From: Candidatus Latescibacterota bacterium | GTDB lineage: Bacteria > Latescibacterota > UBA2968 > UBA8231 | DNA length: 64,000 nucleotides | Reading direction: 5' to 3' | Assembly: GCA_965204725.1 (NCBI GenBank) | Contig: OZ242005.1 | Location: 4,928,001 to 4,992,000 of the forward strand | In this document: positions 32,272 to 47,499 of the stretch, one piece after another | How positions within the stretch are numbered: position 1 is the first letter of the stretch | Layout of the letters: every line of letters starts with the position of its first letter | The notes under the pieces: model-generated | The model's database searches: none | What the model saw: only the letters and a program-made list of their open reading frames with translations | Told to the model about the DNA's origin: nothing | Program-made: the position numbers and the translations under genes

Positions 32272-32859
32272 TTGAGCATGGTCACTCAACAAAAAATTGC
32301 TGAATTCAGCGGCGAAACGGTCCGCAACGTCGCCGGAACATTGATCTGGTTGGCGCGGCCTCCTGAGCAATCGGAAGTACTAAGCAGGAACGGGCTCGCA
32401 GACCTGCTCGCGAACGAGGACATAGACAAAGACAAAGTACAAGGCGCAATAAAGCTATTAACCGCTAGCTTTCATAACCGCCACGATGCCGTAGTTGATG
32501 TCTGCACCGCCTTTCAGGAGCGACTCCAGAAAGCGGTTGAAGATTTTCCTTTAGGCAGCGAAATGGACCCTGACGACATCGCGGTCCCTGAATTGGAGAA
32601 AAGCGAGGAACACTTCCGCAAGGAAAGGGAAGAACTGCGCGATATTCGGGCCGCCTTGCAGCGGACAGGGGGCGCAAAAGCATACGGTGCTGAGGTATTC
32701 GCAGCATTGGGACGCTTGGACGAGCTGTTTGAATACCTCGTTGCGTCGTTCCAAGAGCTTCGCTGGACTATAATGATCCACGACGGGGCACTCGCTCCAA
32801 GCACAGGCGGAACATGCGTCAGCGGAGCAGAATTTATGGCGTCAATGGAAAACTCATAG
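32272..32859 (+). CDS. Hypothetical helical protein (start may be the ATG at 32278)
   Basis: 195-aa ORF; no motif recognised. Confidence 0.65.
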   Translation: MSMVTQQKIAEFSGETVRNVAGTLIWLARPPEQSEVLSRNGLADLLANEDIDKDKVQGAIKLLTASFHNRHDAVVDVCTAFQERLQKAVEDFPLGSEMDPDDIAVPELEKSEEHFRKEREELRDIRAALQRTGGAKAYGAEVFAALGRLDELFEYLVASFQELRWTIMIHDGALAPSTGGTCVSGAEFMASMENS

Positions 32860-32979
32860 GCCATGCCCCCACGACAGGTGCGAATTACCGGGTTTGAAAC
32901 GCCGAGTCGCAAGTTTGCTAAGTCGCCGCGGTTGCATTTTTGCCGGGGCGTGTAGATTGTATAGGTAGAGGATAAACGG

Positions 32980-33603
32980 ATGATACAGCGCGGATACATA
33001 CTCCTCCACCTCGTCTGGATCGGCTTGCTGCTGGCGAGCGGTGCCGAGGCGGTGCGCATCCAAGACGCCGTGCCCGAGGAGGCGCCAAAGCGGCCGCACG
33101 ACGGCTACTATGCTGCGGTAGGCTTGGGTTTTATCAACTTGGATCATCGCGGCGCGGGGGTGCGCGTTCCCTTGGGGTTTAGGGCGGTGTTCAACCGCTT
33201 GCGCCTCATCTGCTCGGTCAATGTGCTCGATGTGAGCTTCCACGAAGGGGACGACTACGACCCGCGTTACACCCGGCCTTTTCCCTCCTCCACGGCCTGC
33301 TTCGATTCGCGGACCGGCTACCGCGTGGCGGCCTACCGCTGCTCGGGCGGCACGGATTGGCTCCGCTCGCTCAGTGCGGATCTGGCCTATATCGTCCTCG
33401 ACGAAGTGTGGATTGCCGGCCGACCGGGCAAGCTGTTCGCCGGGTTGGGCTATCGGCACCTAGATCCAGCGACGGCGTACGGAACCTTGGGGTTGTTTTT
33501 CGATGCTCCGGGCCAGACCGTCGGCAGTTTCAAGGTCCTAGTCGGCCGGGGCTATGTCACTTTGGGCCTGCTGTGGGGCTTTGATTTGCGCCGCGTCTTT
33601 TAG
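32980..33603 (+). CDS. Hypothetical exported, possibly outer-membrane beta-strand protein
   Basis: Signal peptide (AEA), alternating hydrophobic strands, C-terminal Phe; GAGG RBS. Confidence 0.7.
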   Translation: MIQRGYILLHLVWIGLLLASGAEAVRIQDAVPEEAPKRPHDGYYAAVGLGFINLDHRGAGVRVPLGFRAVFNRLRLICSVNVLDVSFHEGDDYDPRYTRPFPSSTACFDSRTGYRVAAYRCSGGTDWLRSLSADLAYIVLDEVWIAGRPGKLFAGLGYRHLDPATAYGTLGLFFDAPGQTVGSFKVLVGRGYVTLGLLWGFDLRRVF

Positions 33604-33610
33604 AGGGCTT

Positions 33611-36160
33611 ATGACCGCTTGGGCCCTTTGCGCCGCCTTGGCGCTCGCGCCTGTGGGGGCAGCCGCGCAAACGCTACCCGCCGAAGTGCATCCGGGCCTG
33701 CTCTTTTCCGCCGCAGACATTCCCCTGCTCAAAGAGCGCGTCAAGCGCGAACCCTATGCCACGTGGTGGCAGACCGTGTTGCAGCGGGCGCGAACCGCCC
33801 CGGCGACCTTTGCCGACGAGCGCGCCGAGGTCCGCTACGCCAAGTCCCTCGCCTTTGCTTGGCTGATGACCGACAAGGCCGCGTTTGCCGAGCGCGCGTT
33901 GGCAGTGATGCAGGGGGTGGCGTTCCCACCGCGAGGAGGAGATTTGGGCGAACCGCACAACGAGGGCGAGGTCGTGGCCCAGTACGCCGTGGCGTACGAC
34001 ATCCTGCACCCTTATGCTGAGGCCAACGACCCACAGGCTCTGCAAGCGATGCGATCCATCCTCGGGGAGGAAGCCGACCGCCTGTGGAAGGGCATTGTGA
34101 TTGGCAGGGTGGGACTGGGGCTGTTCCCGGTCAAAATCCGCTTGCACGAGACCCCGCATCTCGACAACTGGCACATCCGGGCGTACAGCGGCCTCGGGCT
34201 AGCGGCCTTGGCCTTGAGCGAGTATAACAACGGCGAAGGTACGCCGCAGGAATGGGCTGACCGCGCCTTTGAGATGGTCACCAGCAGCCTCGATTTCCAA
34301 ATTGAAGAACGGGACGGGGGATACGCGGAGGGGCCGTTCTACAGCCGCTACGCCGCGGATGTCTATCTGCCCTACTTGTTCGCGCTCAAGAACCGCACCG
34401 GCTTGGACCTGTTTGCCGATCCCAAGATCGAGAAGATGCACGATTGGTCCCTGAACCTGCGGTTGCCCAATGGCCAGCGACCCAACATCGACGACGGCCA
34501 CCTAGACGATTTCTACGGTCATTACCTAGCGGCTGTGCAAGCCAACGGCGGGGTCCATCGCTGGGATTGGGAGAACAACGAGCGCGGCCTGTACGTGCGC
34601 CAATTTGCCGAGATGGACGCCATCGCCCTGTACGACGACAGCGTGCCCGCGCAAGAGCCGACGCACGGCCCGTCGGTTTTTATGCCGGGGGCTGGAGACG
34701 CCGTCTTCCGCAGCGACTGGTCGGCCGCAGCCACCTACATGCTCTTGCGCGGCGAAAACGGTCCGGCCCGCGAGCACGGCTTCTCACACGAACACCCCGA
34801 CGGGACCAGCTTTGTGCTCTACGCCGCCGGCGAGATGCTGGCCTTGGACGCGGGGTATATCAATTTTGACAACCACGACAAGGTCAACAAAGGCCGTGAT
34901 CACAACGTAGTGCTGATTGATGGCAATGGGCCGCCGCGCCGGATCTTGCCCGTGTTGGAGACCGTCGGCGACCGCAACGACGCCTTTATCGAGGCATTCT
35001 TCACGAGTACCGCTGGCGACTACGCGGAAGTCCGCACGGCCTACCGAGGGGTTGAGCTGAGGCGGCGCGTCTTTTTTGCCGACCACCGCTACTTCCTCGT
35101 AGCCGACGAAATCGACGACCCGGGCCGGCGCCACGCCTACGAATGGCGGCTGCACGGCAACGGCGGCGGCACCAGCGGCGGCGCATATACCCGTGCGGGC
35201 AACTTGGCGCGTTGGACGCGGGCAAAGGCCGAGTTGCTGGCGTTTTTGCCCGACCGGGCCGGCCGAGTCGCGCTCGAGAGCGAGGCGATCCACTCCTTTG
35301 CTTATCGCCAAGAGCAGACCCACGCGGTGTTGCGGGTGCAGCAAGAGGGCGTCAACGGGCGGTATCTAGCGGTGCTGTATCCGCGGGCGATTGGGGAGGC
35401 CGAGCCGGCGTTTGCGACCGCATCCGCGCAAGGGGCCGAGGCGGCCGTAGTAGCGTTGGCCGGGGTGCGAGACCTAGCGTGGCTCCGCAACGGCAATGCG
35501 TCCGAGGCCGCTGTATCCGGCCCGGACGCCCGCTTGGTCAGCGACGCCCGCTTAGGCTATGTCCGCTATGTCGATGGGCAACTCGCCCGCTTTGCAGCCC
35601 AAGACGCGACCTACCTTTTGGCCGACGGAGAGACGGTCTTCCGCGCCAGCGAGGTGATAGACGTGAGCATGGAGCGAGACACCCTTACGGGCTTCGTGCG
35701 CGGCCCCAGCGCGGGCTATCAGCTAAAAATGCCCCATGCTGGAAACGAGTGGACCGCGGCTCGCTTCCTCGGCGGCGCGTGGCAAGGCACAGCCGTAGAA
35801 GGCGACCTGCTCGTGCTGGAGCTAGCCGGCGAGGGGACGCTCGCGCTGCGGTCGGACCTGCACGTCGAAGCGCGCAAGGGGCCGCGGCCGCGGCCCGATC
35901 GCTACGCCTTGCATCCAAACGCACCCAACCCGTTCAATCCGACGACCAAAATCCGCTTTGACTTGCCCACTTTGAGCGCGGTACAACTAACGGTGTACAA
36001 TGTCTTGGGGCAGGAAGTCGAGCGGCTGGTGGAAGGGCCGATGCGGTCGGGGCGGCACGAGGTGGAGTGGGACGCGGCCGGCCACCGAAGCGGCCTCTAC
36101 TTCTACGCGCTCAAAGCCGGTTCCTACCGCGCACAGCGCAAGATGATTCTGCTGCGCTGA
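33611..36160 (+). CDS. Heparinase II/III-family polysaccharide lyase-like protein with C-terminal FlgD-Ig/secretion-tail domain
   Basis: Signal peptide; NWH, DGGYAEGP.Y, FRSDW, HEHPD..SF, HNVVLIDG; C-terminal NAPNPFNPTT...KMILLR. Confidence 0.85.
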   Translation: MTAWALCAALALAPVGAAAQTLPAEVHPGLLFSAADIPLLKERVKREPYATWWQTVLQRARTAPATFADERAEVRYAKSLAFAWLMTDKAAFAERALAVMQGVAFPPRGGDLGEPHNEGEVVAQYAVAYDILHPYAEANDPQALQAMRSILGEEADRLWKGIVIGRVGLGLFPVKIRLHETPHLDNWHIRAYSGLGLAALALSEYNNGEGTPQEWADRAFEMVTSSLDFQIEERDGGYAEGPFYSRYAADVYLPYLFALKNRTGLDLFADPKIEKMHDWSLNLRLPNGQRPNIDDGHLDDFYGHYLAAVQANGGVHRWDWENNERGLYVRQFAEMDAIALYDDSVPAQEPTHGPSVFMPGAGDAVFRSDWSAAATYMLLRGENGPAREHGFSHEHPDGTSFVLYAAGEMLALDAGYINFDNHDKVNKGRDHNVVLIDGNGPPRRILPVLETVGDRNDAFIEAFFTSTAGDYAEVRTAYRGVELRRRVFFADHRYFLVADEIDDPGRRHAYEWRLHGNGGGTSGGAYTRAGNLARWTRAKAELLAFLPDRAGRVALESEAIHSFAYRQEQTHAVLRVQQEGVNGRYLAVLYPRAIGEAEPAFATASAQGAEAAVVALAGVRDLAWLRNGNASEAAVSGPDARLVSDARLGYVRYVDGQLARFAAQDATYLLADGETVFRASEVIDVSMERDTLTGFVRGPSAGYQLKMPHAGNEWTAARFLGGAWQGTAVEGDLLVLELAGEGTLALRSDLHVEARKGPRPRPDRYALHPNAPNPFNPTTKIRFDLPTLSAVQLTVYNVLGQEVERLVEGPMRSGRHEVEWDAAGHRSGLYFYALKAGSYRAQRKMILLR

Positions 36161-36287
36161 CTACTTCTACTTAGACATGGGATTCCTTTTGGCGTGGTGA
36201 GTTGGATTTGTCCCGATTGCGGCCAGCCTCTATCTTTTTTGCGATGTTAAGGCCGTTGTCAGCGATGTCAACACAGGAGATTTTGCT

Positions 36288-36581
36288 ATGAAATCGGCAC
36301 TTGAACTGGCCATGGAAAAGGCCGACGAGGCAGTCGGGGGCGCAGAGGGGATTAAGCTGACAGACGAGCAGAAAGAGGCCATAGACCAAGTGCGCAAGCA
36401 GTACGAGGCCAAGTGGGCCGAGCAAGAAATCGCGCTCAAGGGGCAGCTAGAGCAGGCCCCGAGCGCAGACCCGCAGGCCCTCGGCGAAGCGCGACGCCAA
36501 GTGCAGGATCAAATGAGCAAAATTCGCAACCAACTCTTTGCCGAGCGCGACGCCAAGATCGAGGCGATTCGCAACCAGTAG
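36288..36581 (+). CDS. Small coiled-coil hypothetical protein (MKSALELAMEK family)
   Basis: AGGAG RBS; conserved-looking N-terminus KSA.ELAME. Confidence 0.75.
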   Translation: MKSALELAMEKADEAVGGAEGIKLTDEQKEAIDQVRKQYEAKWAEQEIALKGQLEQAPSADPQALGEARRQVQDQMSKIRNQLFAERDAKIEAIRNQ

Positions 36582-36593
36582 GGTGCGACAACT

Positions 36594-38273
36594 ATGCAGC
36601 CGAACTACGAAGTCGATATGAGATTGAATGTCCCAACGCGCATGCGGGACGGCGTCGATCTTTCTTCCGACCTCTATTTGCCGAGGGCATCGGGTACGTT
36701 CCCCACCGTGTTGATGCGGACGCCGTACGACAACAACGCGCCGCCCATGATCGAGAAGGCCATGCGGCTCGCCAATAGCGGCTATGCCTGCGTCATCCAA
36801 GACGTGCGGGGGCGCTGGGACTCCGATGGCGTTCACTACGCGCTGTTCGACCACGGCCCAGACGGTTTTGATACGCAGGAATGGATTGGTCAGCAGGAGT
36901 GGAGCAACGGCAAAATCGGCATGGCCGGCGGCTCGTACCTCGGCTGGGTGCAGTGGCAGAGCGCGCCGCACCGCAGCCAGTCCCTGACGTGCATGGCACC
37001 AAGGGTCATGTGCGGCGATTTGTACTCGGGTCTAATTCACCCCGGCGGGGCGTTCCAGCTCAACGTCGCCCTGACGTGGGGGATGCGGACCAATGGCCGG
37101 ACCGCTCAGAGCATCGAGTACCACAACTGGACGGAGGCCTTTCGCTCTATCCCGCTCATCGACATGGACCAACAGGCTGGCCGGACGCTGCGGTTTTGGC
37201 GGGATTGGGTAACGCACACTGAATACGATTCCTACTGGGACTCGGTCAACGTCGAAAACAAGTGGGGCGAAATCGCCGCTCCCGCGCTGATAATGGGAGG
37301 CTGGTACGACCTCTACTCCCACAACACCTTTATCAACTTCAATGGTCTAAGGCTACACGGGCGGACCCCCGAAGCGAGGCAAAGCCAACTCATCGTCGGT
37401 CCTTGGCCCCACGCGCTCAGTGTTTCTACCAAGACCGGCGACATCGACTTTGGCGCGAACTCGCTGTACGACTTGGAGGCGTTGGAGTTGCGTTGGTTTG
37501 ATTATTGGCTGAAGGGCCGCGACAACGGCATCGCTGGCGAGGCCCCGCTGCGGCTGTTCATAATGGGCGTCAATGAATGGCGCGACGAGTGCGAATGGCC
37601 GCTGGCTAGGACCGACTGGCAAAAGTGGTATCTACACTCGTCCGGCAACGCCAACACGCTGTTGGGCGATGGACAGCTATCGCCGGCTGAGCCGGGCGAC
37701 GAGCCGGCCGATCACTTCGCGTACGATCCCGATTTTCCCGTGCAGACCGTGGGCGGAAACAACTGTTGCTCGCCCCACATTGTGCCTTGGGGGCCATACG
37801 ACCAGCGCGGTGTGGAGATGAGAGCCGACGTGCTGTGTTACACCAGCGAGCCTTTGGCCGCCGACCTCGAAGTGACGGGGCCGATCAAGGTGGTTCTATA
37901 CGCAGCTACCGACGGACTAGATACCGACTGGACCGCCAAGCTAGTGGATGTGTCAGTTAGCGGGTACGCCAAGAACCTCTGCGATGGCATCGTCCGGGCG
38001 CGCTATCGCGAGGGCTTCGCCGCGCCCAAGTTGCTCCAGCCGAACCAAACGTACCAGTATGAGATTGATCTCGCCGTCACCGGCAATGTCTTCAAGAAGG
38101 GGCACCGCATCAGAATCGAAGTGTCCTCCTCTAATTTTCCGCGCTTCGACCGAAACCACAACACCGGCAACGAACTCGGCACGGACACGGCCATGCGAAG
38201 GGCGCAGCAGGCGGTGCAACACTCCCGGACGCATCCGTCGCACGTGCTTTTGCCAGTGATTCCGCCCCCGTAG
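36594..38273 (+). CDS. CocE/NonD family hydrolase
   Basis: MRDGV.L, RTPY, QDVRGR, GGSYLG nucleophile, GGWYD, GPWPH, SSSNFPRFDRN.NTG. Confidence 0.94.
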   Translation: MQPNYEVDMRLNVPTRMRDGVDLSSDLYLPRASGTFPTVLMRTPYDNNAPPMIEKAMRLANSGYACVIQDVRGRWDSDGVHYALFDHGPDGFDTQEWIGQQEWSNGKIGMAGGSYLGWVQWQSAPHRSQSLTCMAPRVMCGDLYSGLIHPGGAFQLNVALTWGMRTNGRTAQSIEYHNWTEAFRSIPLIDMDQQAGRTLRFWRDWVTHTEYDSYWDSVNVENKWGEIAAPALIMGGWYDLYSHNTFINFNGLRLHGRTPEARQSQLIVGPWPHALSVSTKTGDIDFGANSLYDLEALELRWFDYWLKGRDNGIAGEAPLRLFIMGVNEWRDECEWPLARTDWQKWYLHSSGNANTLLGDGQLSPAEPGDEPADHFAYDPDFPVQTVGGNNCCSPHIVPWGPYDQRGVEMRADVLCYTSEPLAADLEVTGPIKVVLYAATDGLDTDWTAKLVDVSVSGYAKNLCDGIVRARYREGFAAPKLLQPNQTYQYEIDLAVTGNVFKKGHRIRIEVSSSNFPRFDRNHNTGNELGTDTAMRRAQQAVQHSRTHPSHVLLPVIPPP

Positions 38274-38313
38274 TGCGCCCTTCGCCGCCGTTATCGCCCG
38301 TAGCCTGAGTGAA

Positions 38314-38342
38314 TTGACAGTGCAAATAGTAGGGCCTACTAT
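38314..38342 (+). promoter_or_regulatory. Sigma70 promoter of gltA with an overlapping perfect palindrome
   Basis: TTGACA, 17 bp spacer, TACTAT; ATAGTAGG-G-CCTACTAT (38326-38342) covers the -10. Confidence 0.75.
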
Positions 38343-38420
38343 CTGATAAAAACAGCTCGGTCTCGTTTGCGGCGCGGCTTTGCGCCCCGGACGACCGGGG
38401 TACACGAAGGAGAACAGGAC

Positions 38421-39704
38421 ATGGCGGAAACTGCCCGCTTGCAGGCTGGGGATCAGGTCGCCGAACTGCCCATCGTCGTTGGCAGCGAGGGCGAAAAGGC
38501 AATCGACATTGCCAAATTGCGCGCCGAGACCGGGTATATCGCCCTAGACCCCGGCTACGGCAATACGGGTTCTTGCCAGAGCGATATCACCTTTATCGAC
38601 GGCGATGAGGGCATCTTGCGGTACCGGGGCTATGCCATTGAGGACTTGGCCGAGCACAGCCGCTTCATCGAGGTCGCTTATTTGCTGATCTGGGGCGAGT
38701 TGCCCAATGCCGCGCAGCTAGACGAGTTCAGTGCGCTGCTGACCAAGCACCAGATGCTGCGCGAGGAGCTAAAGCAACACTTCAGCCTCTTTCCACCCAA
38801 CTCCCCGCCGATGGCCGTATTGTCCTCGGTGCTCAATGCCTTGAGCTGCTACTACCCCGAGCTGTTGGAAATTCAGGACGAGGAGACCTTCATCGAAGCG
38901 TCTGCCCGCATCATGTCCAAGGTCCGCACCATTGCCGCCTATTCCCACCGCCAGCAGTTGGGGCACCACATCGAGTACCCGCACCCCAAGAAGCGGTACG
39001 CAGAGAATTTCCTGCACATGATGTTCAGCCAGCCGTACAACGAGTTTGAGGCAGACCCAGTGCTGATCGACGCGCTGGATTTGATTTTCCTCCTCCACGC
39101 CGACCACGAGCAGAATTGCAGCACCTCTACGGTGCGGATGGTCGGCAGCAGCGAGGCCAACCTCTTCGCCTCGGTGGCCGCGGGCGTCTCCGCCCTGTGG
39201 GGGCCGCTGCACGGCGGGGCGAATGTGGCGGTAGTCAATATGCTAGAAAAAATCCGCGACGAAGACGTCTCGGTCGGCGACTACGTCGCTCAGGTCAAGG
39301 ACAAGAAGGCCGGGATCCGCTTGATGGGGTTCGGGCATCGGGTGTACAAGAATTTTGACCCGCGCGCCAAGATCATCAAAAGGAGCTGCGAGAAAGTACT
39401 GGACAAGCTCCAAGTCAACGACCGCTTGCTCGACATAGCCAAAGAGCTGGAAGCCGTAGCACTGGGGGACGAGTACTTCATCCAACGCAAGCTCTATCCC
39501 AACGTAGATTTCTACAGCGGCGTCATTCTCCGCGCCCTCGGCATTCCCAAGGAGATGTTCACCGTGATCTTTGCCATCGGCCGCATGCCGGGATGGATCG
39601 CGCATTGGTACGAGGAGAGCAAGGCCACCAAAATCAGCCGTCCGCGCCAAGTGTACACTGGCTCGGTGCAGCGGAGCTATCGGCCCCTCGCCGAGCGGCC
39701 CTGA
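38421..39704 (+). CDS. gltA: Citrate synthase (type II)
   Basis: DPGY.NT, LHADHEQNCST, GPLHGGAN, GFGHRVYK, YPNVDFYSG. Confidence 0.97.
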   Translation: MAETARLQAGDQVAELPIVVGSEGEKAIDIAKLRAETGYIALDPGYGNTGSCQSDITFIDGDEGILRYRGYAIEDLAEHSRFIEVAYLLIWGELPNAAQLDEFSALLTKHQMLREELKQHFSLFPPNSPPMAVLSSVLNALSCYYPELLEIQDEETFIEASARIMSKVRTIAAYSHRQQLGHHIEYPHPKKRYAENFLHMMFSQPYNEFEADPVLIDALDLIFLLHADHEQNCSTSTVRMVGSSEANLFASVAAGVSALWGPLHGGANVAVVNMLEKIRDEDVSVGDYVAQVKDKKAGIRLMGFGHRVYKNFDPRAKIIKRSCEKVLDKLQVNDRLLDIAKELEAVALGDEYFIQRKLYPNVDFYSGVILRALGIPKEMFTVIFAIGRMPGWIAHWYEESKATKISRPRQVYTGSVQRSYRPLAERP

Positions 39705-39752
39705 GCGCGGGCCAGCAATTAAATTTGTCTAAAGTTGAGAAAGGATTAGGGG

Positions 39753-40043
39753 ATGCAGCCCAGAATCAGTATGCGCCACGGCAAGATCTCAGAAGAAACC
39801 AAAGCGCACATTGCCAGTTCTTGTACCAAACTCGAAAACTACTTCGACCGCATCGTGGATTGCGAAGTCATCCTCGACAAGGAAAAGCGCGACAACAAGG
39901 TGGAAATTATCCTCAAGGTGCCGAACCGCACGTTTGCGGCCACCGGAGCGGCGGACAATCTGTACAAGGCCCTCGCCGAAGCCGAGTCCAAGATCGAAAG
40001 CCAGCTTAAAAAACACCACGACAAGCTGGTGTCCCACCACTGA
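39753..40043 (+). CDS. raiA: Ribosome hibernation factor HPF/RaiA (short form)
   Basis: I..RH, KLE.YFD, LY.A......K.E.QL.K..DK. Confidence 0.85.
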   Translation: MQPRISMRHGKISEETKAHIASSCTKLENYFDRIVDCEVILDKEKRDNKVEIILKVPNRTFAATGAADNLYKALAEAESKIESQLKKHHDKLVSHH

Positions 40044-40046
40044 TAA

Positions 40047-41195
40047 ATGATCGTTGGTATCGCACGAGAGACCTTCGCCGGTGAACATCGGGTCGCCTTG
40101 GTCCCGGAGGCTGTATCCGGGCTATCGGCCTGCAACGCAGACACCCTAATAGAGCCGGGTGCGGGCGTCGCGGCCGGCTATGCCGATGGGACCTATGCCG
40201 ACCGCGGCGCGGAGATCGCCGCCGATCGCGACGAGGTGTTTGCCCGCGCCGATGTGGTGCTACAGGTGCGTACCCTCGGCGCGAACCCGGAGGCCGGCCG
40301 CGCTGACTTGGCCCGAATTCGCGCCGGTCAAGTCCTCATCGGGGCCGCGGATCCGCTGACTGCTGGCCCGCAATTGTCTGCGCTGGCCGCTGCCGGAGCG
40401 ACCCTATTCGCCGTGGAACTGATTCCGCGCATTACCCGCGCCCAGAGCATGGACGTGCTCTCGTCTATGGCCACGATCGCCGGCTACAAAGCGGTGCTTT
40501 TGGCCGCTGCGGCCCTGCCGCGCATGTTTCCGCTGTTGATGACGGCTGCTGGCACGTTGACCCCAGCCCGAGTGCTGGTCGTAGGTGCTGGGGTCGCCGG
40601 CCTTCAGGCCATTGCCACTGCCCGCCGCCTAGGAGCGGTCCTGCGGGCATACGATGTGCGCCCAGCGGTCAAAGAACAGGTCGAGAGCCTCGGGGCCGAA
40701 TTCGTAGAGCTGGACATCGACGCGGGCGACTCCGAAGACGCGGGCGGGTACGCGCGGGCACAGGACGAGGTGTTCTACCGCCGCCAGCGCGAGGAGTTGG
40801 CCAAAGTCGCTGGCCAAAGCGACGTGATCATCACCACGGCCGCCATACCGGGCCAACCAGCCCCGCTGTTGATTACGGCCGCGGCTGTGCAGAACATGAC
40901 TCCGGGATCGGTCATCGTCGATTTGGTCGCTGAGCGCGGGGGCAACTGCGAGTTGACGCGCCTTGGCGAAACGGTCGTAGAGGACGGAGTACACATCATG
41001 GGGCCGCCCAATCTACCGGCGACCGTGCCGCACCACGCTAGCCAGATGTACTCGCACAATATAGCGACCTTCTTCCGGCACTTGGCCGGCGAGGGGGCGT
41101 TGCGATTCGACATGGAAGACGAGATCACGCGCGAGACCTTGGTCGTGCGCGATGGCCAAATAGTCCATCCGCGCATCCGCAAAGGAGCCTTATAG
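40047..41195 (+). CDS. pntAA: NAD(P) transhydrogenase alpha-1 subunit
   Basis: E.RVAL.P, PRITRAQSMDVLSS, GAGVAGLQA, GGYA. Confidence 0.95.
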   Translation: MIVGIARETFAGEHRVALVPEAVSGLSACNADTLIEPGAGVAAGYADGTYADRGAEIAADRDEVFARADVVLQVRTLGANPEAGRADLARIRAGQVLIGAADPLTAGPQLSALAAAGATLFAVELIPRITRAQSMDVLSSMATIAGYKAVLLAAAALPRMFPLLMTAAGTLTPARVLVVGAGVAGLQAIATARRLGAVLRAYDVRPAVKEQVESLGAEFVELDIDAGDSEDAGGYARAQDEVFYRRQREELAKVAGQSDVIITTAAIPGQPAPLLITAAAVQNMTPGSVIVDLVAERGGNCELTRLGETVVEDGVHIMGPPNLPATVPHHASQMYSHNIATFFRHLAGEGALRFDMEDEITRETLVVRDGQIVHPRIRKGAL

Positions 41196-41476
41196 TGGAT
41201 GTCCTAGTCGCCGCGCTGACGGTGTTTGCCCTAGCCGTCTTCGTCGGCTTTGAAATCATCACCAAAATTCCGCCGACCCTGCACACGCCGCTGATGTCTG
41301 GCTCCAACGCCATCTCCGGCATCACCCTGATCGGCGCCCTGCTCTCGGCCGGTTCCGAGCACTCGGCCTTGGCGACCTATTTGGGGTTGGCCGCTGTCGT
41401 CTGCGCCACGATCAACGTAGTCGGTGGGTTCATGGTGACGCACCGCATGTTGGGGATGTTTAGGAGGCGGGACTAG
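41195..41476 (+). CDS. pntAB: NAD(P) transhydrogenase alpha-2 subunit
   Basis: LHTPLMSGSNAISG, NVVGGF.VT.RML.MF. Confidence 0.95.
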   Translation: MDVLVAALTVFALAVFVGFEIITKIPPTLHTPLMSGSNAISGITLIGALLSAGSEHSALATYLGLAAVVCATINVVGGFMVTHRMLGMFRRRD

Positions 41477-41479
41477 CGC

Positions 41480-42853
41480 ATGAGCGCGACCCTGATCAAC
41501 TTCGCCTACCTAATCGCCTCCGTCCTCTTCATCTTCGGCCTCAAGGGGCTGACGCACCCGCGCACGGCCGTCCGCGGCAACTTGCTCGGGGCCTTGGGGA
41601 TGTTGCTGGCCATCGTCGCCACCCTGTTGGACCAGCGGATTCTCTCCGGCGAATACATTGTGCTCGGCGCGGTAGTAGGCGCGCTGGTTGGCATGGTCCT
41701 CGCGGTAAAAATTCCCCTGACCTCCATGCCCGAGTTGGTCGCGGTTTTTAACGGCTTGGGCGGCGGCGCCTCCGCGTTGGTGGCTGGTGCGGCGCTGATT
41801 GAGGCGCAGGACCCTTCCCACCAATTCGCGGCCGCCACGGCCGCCTCTGGGATCATCGGCGCGGTGACCTTCTGGGGTAGTATCGTGGCCTTCCTCAAGC
41901 TGATGGAACTGTTCAAAGGCTTGATCCGGTTTCCCGGCCAGCAGTTTGGCAATGGAGTGCTGGCCCTCGGCAGCGCGGGCTTGGGGGCTTGGCTGGTGCT
42001 GGGCGAGTTGGACGCCTTCTGGGCCATGATCTGCGTGGCCTCGCTGTTGGGCGTGTTGCTCGTGGTGCCTATAGGCGGGGCCGATATGCCGGTGGTGATT
42101 GCCTTGCTCAATTCGTGCTCGGGGCTGGCCGCGGCCGCTACCGGCTTTGTGCTCGACAACAACGTGCTGATTATCGCGGGGTCGCTGGTGGGGGCCTCGG
42201 GACTGATCTTGACGCAAATCATGTGCCGGGCCATGAACCGCTCGCTGGGCAATGTATTCTTAGGTGGCGTTGGGGCCGAGGTCGCAAGCGGAACCAGCGA
42301 CGACGAGGTCTATGCCGGCAAGATCAAATCCACCTCGGCCGAGGAAGTCGCGTTGCTGTTTGACACGGCCCGGCGCGTGGTGGTCGTCCCCGGCTACGGC
42401 ATGGCTGTGGCCCAAGCACAACACGCCGTGCGAGACTTGGCCAATTTGCTCGAAGAGCGCGGCGTTGAAGTCGCGTACGCGATTCATCCGGTGGCGGGTC
42501 GGATGCCGGGCCACATGAACGTACTGTTGGCCGAAGCCGAAGTGCCCTACGACAAGTTGGTGGAGATGGATCGGATCAACCCGACTTTCCAGCAGACCGA
42601 TGTGGCGCTCGTCATCGGCGCCAACGATGTGGTCAATCCCCTCGCCCGCGCTGCGGATTCCGGGCCGATTGCCGGAATGCCCATCCTCGACGTGGATAGT
42701 GCGCGCACGGTGGTCGTGATTAAGCGGAGCCTGAGCCCGGGGTTTGCCGGGCTGCCCAACCCGCTTTTTGCCGCAGAAAACGCGCTGATGTTTTTCGGCA
42801 GCGCCCGAGAGGCCGTGCTCGATTTGGTGGCCGCGGTAAAGGAGAGCGGATAG
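41480..42853 (+). CDS. pntB: NAD(P) transhydrogenase beta subunit
   Basis: IGGADMPVVI..LNS, VPGYGMAVAQAQ, HPVAGRMPGHMNVLLAEA, GANDVVNP. Confidence 0.96.
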   Translation: MSATLINFAYLIASVLFIFGLKGLTHPRTAVRGNLLGALGMLLAIVATLLDQRILSGEYIVLGAVVGALVGMVLAVKIPLTSMPELVAVFNGLGGGASALVAGAALIEAQDPSHQFAAATAASGIIGAVTFWGSIVAFLKLMELFKGLIRFPGQQFGNGVLALGSAGLGAWLVLGELDAFWAMICVASLLGVLLVVPIGGADMPVVIALLNSCSGLAAAATGFVLDNNVLIIAGSLVGASGLILTQIMCRAMNRSLGNVFLGGVGAEVASGTSDDEVYAGKIKSTSAEEVALLFDTARRVVVVPGYGMAVAQAQHAVRDLANLLEERGVEVAYAIHPVAGRMPGHMNVLLAEAEVPYDKLVEMDRINPTFQQTDVALVIGANDVVNPLARAADSGPIAGMPILDVDSARTVVVIKRSLSPGFAGLPNPLFAAENALMFFGSAREAVLDLVAAVKESG

Positions 42854-42890
42854 AGGCCGAAGAAACCCATGCGTATAAGGAAAAATTAAA

Positions 42891-47474
<4,584 letters not shown>

Positions 47475-47499
47475 AGGGTATTGAACAGGAAAGAAATCA

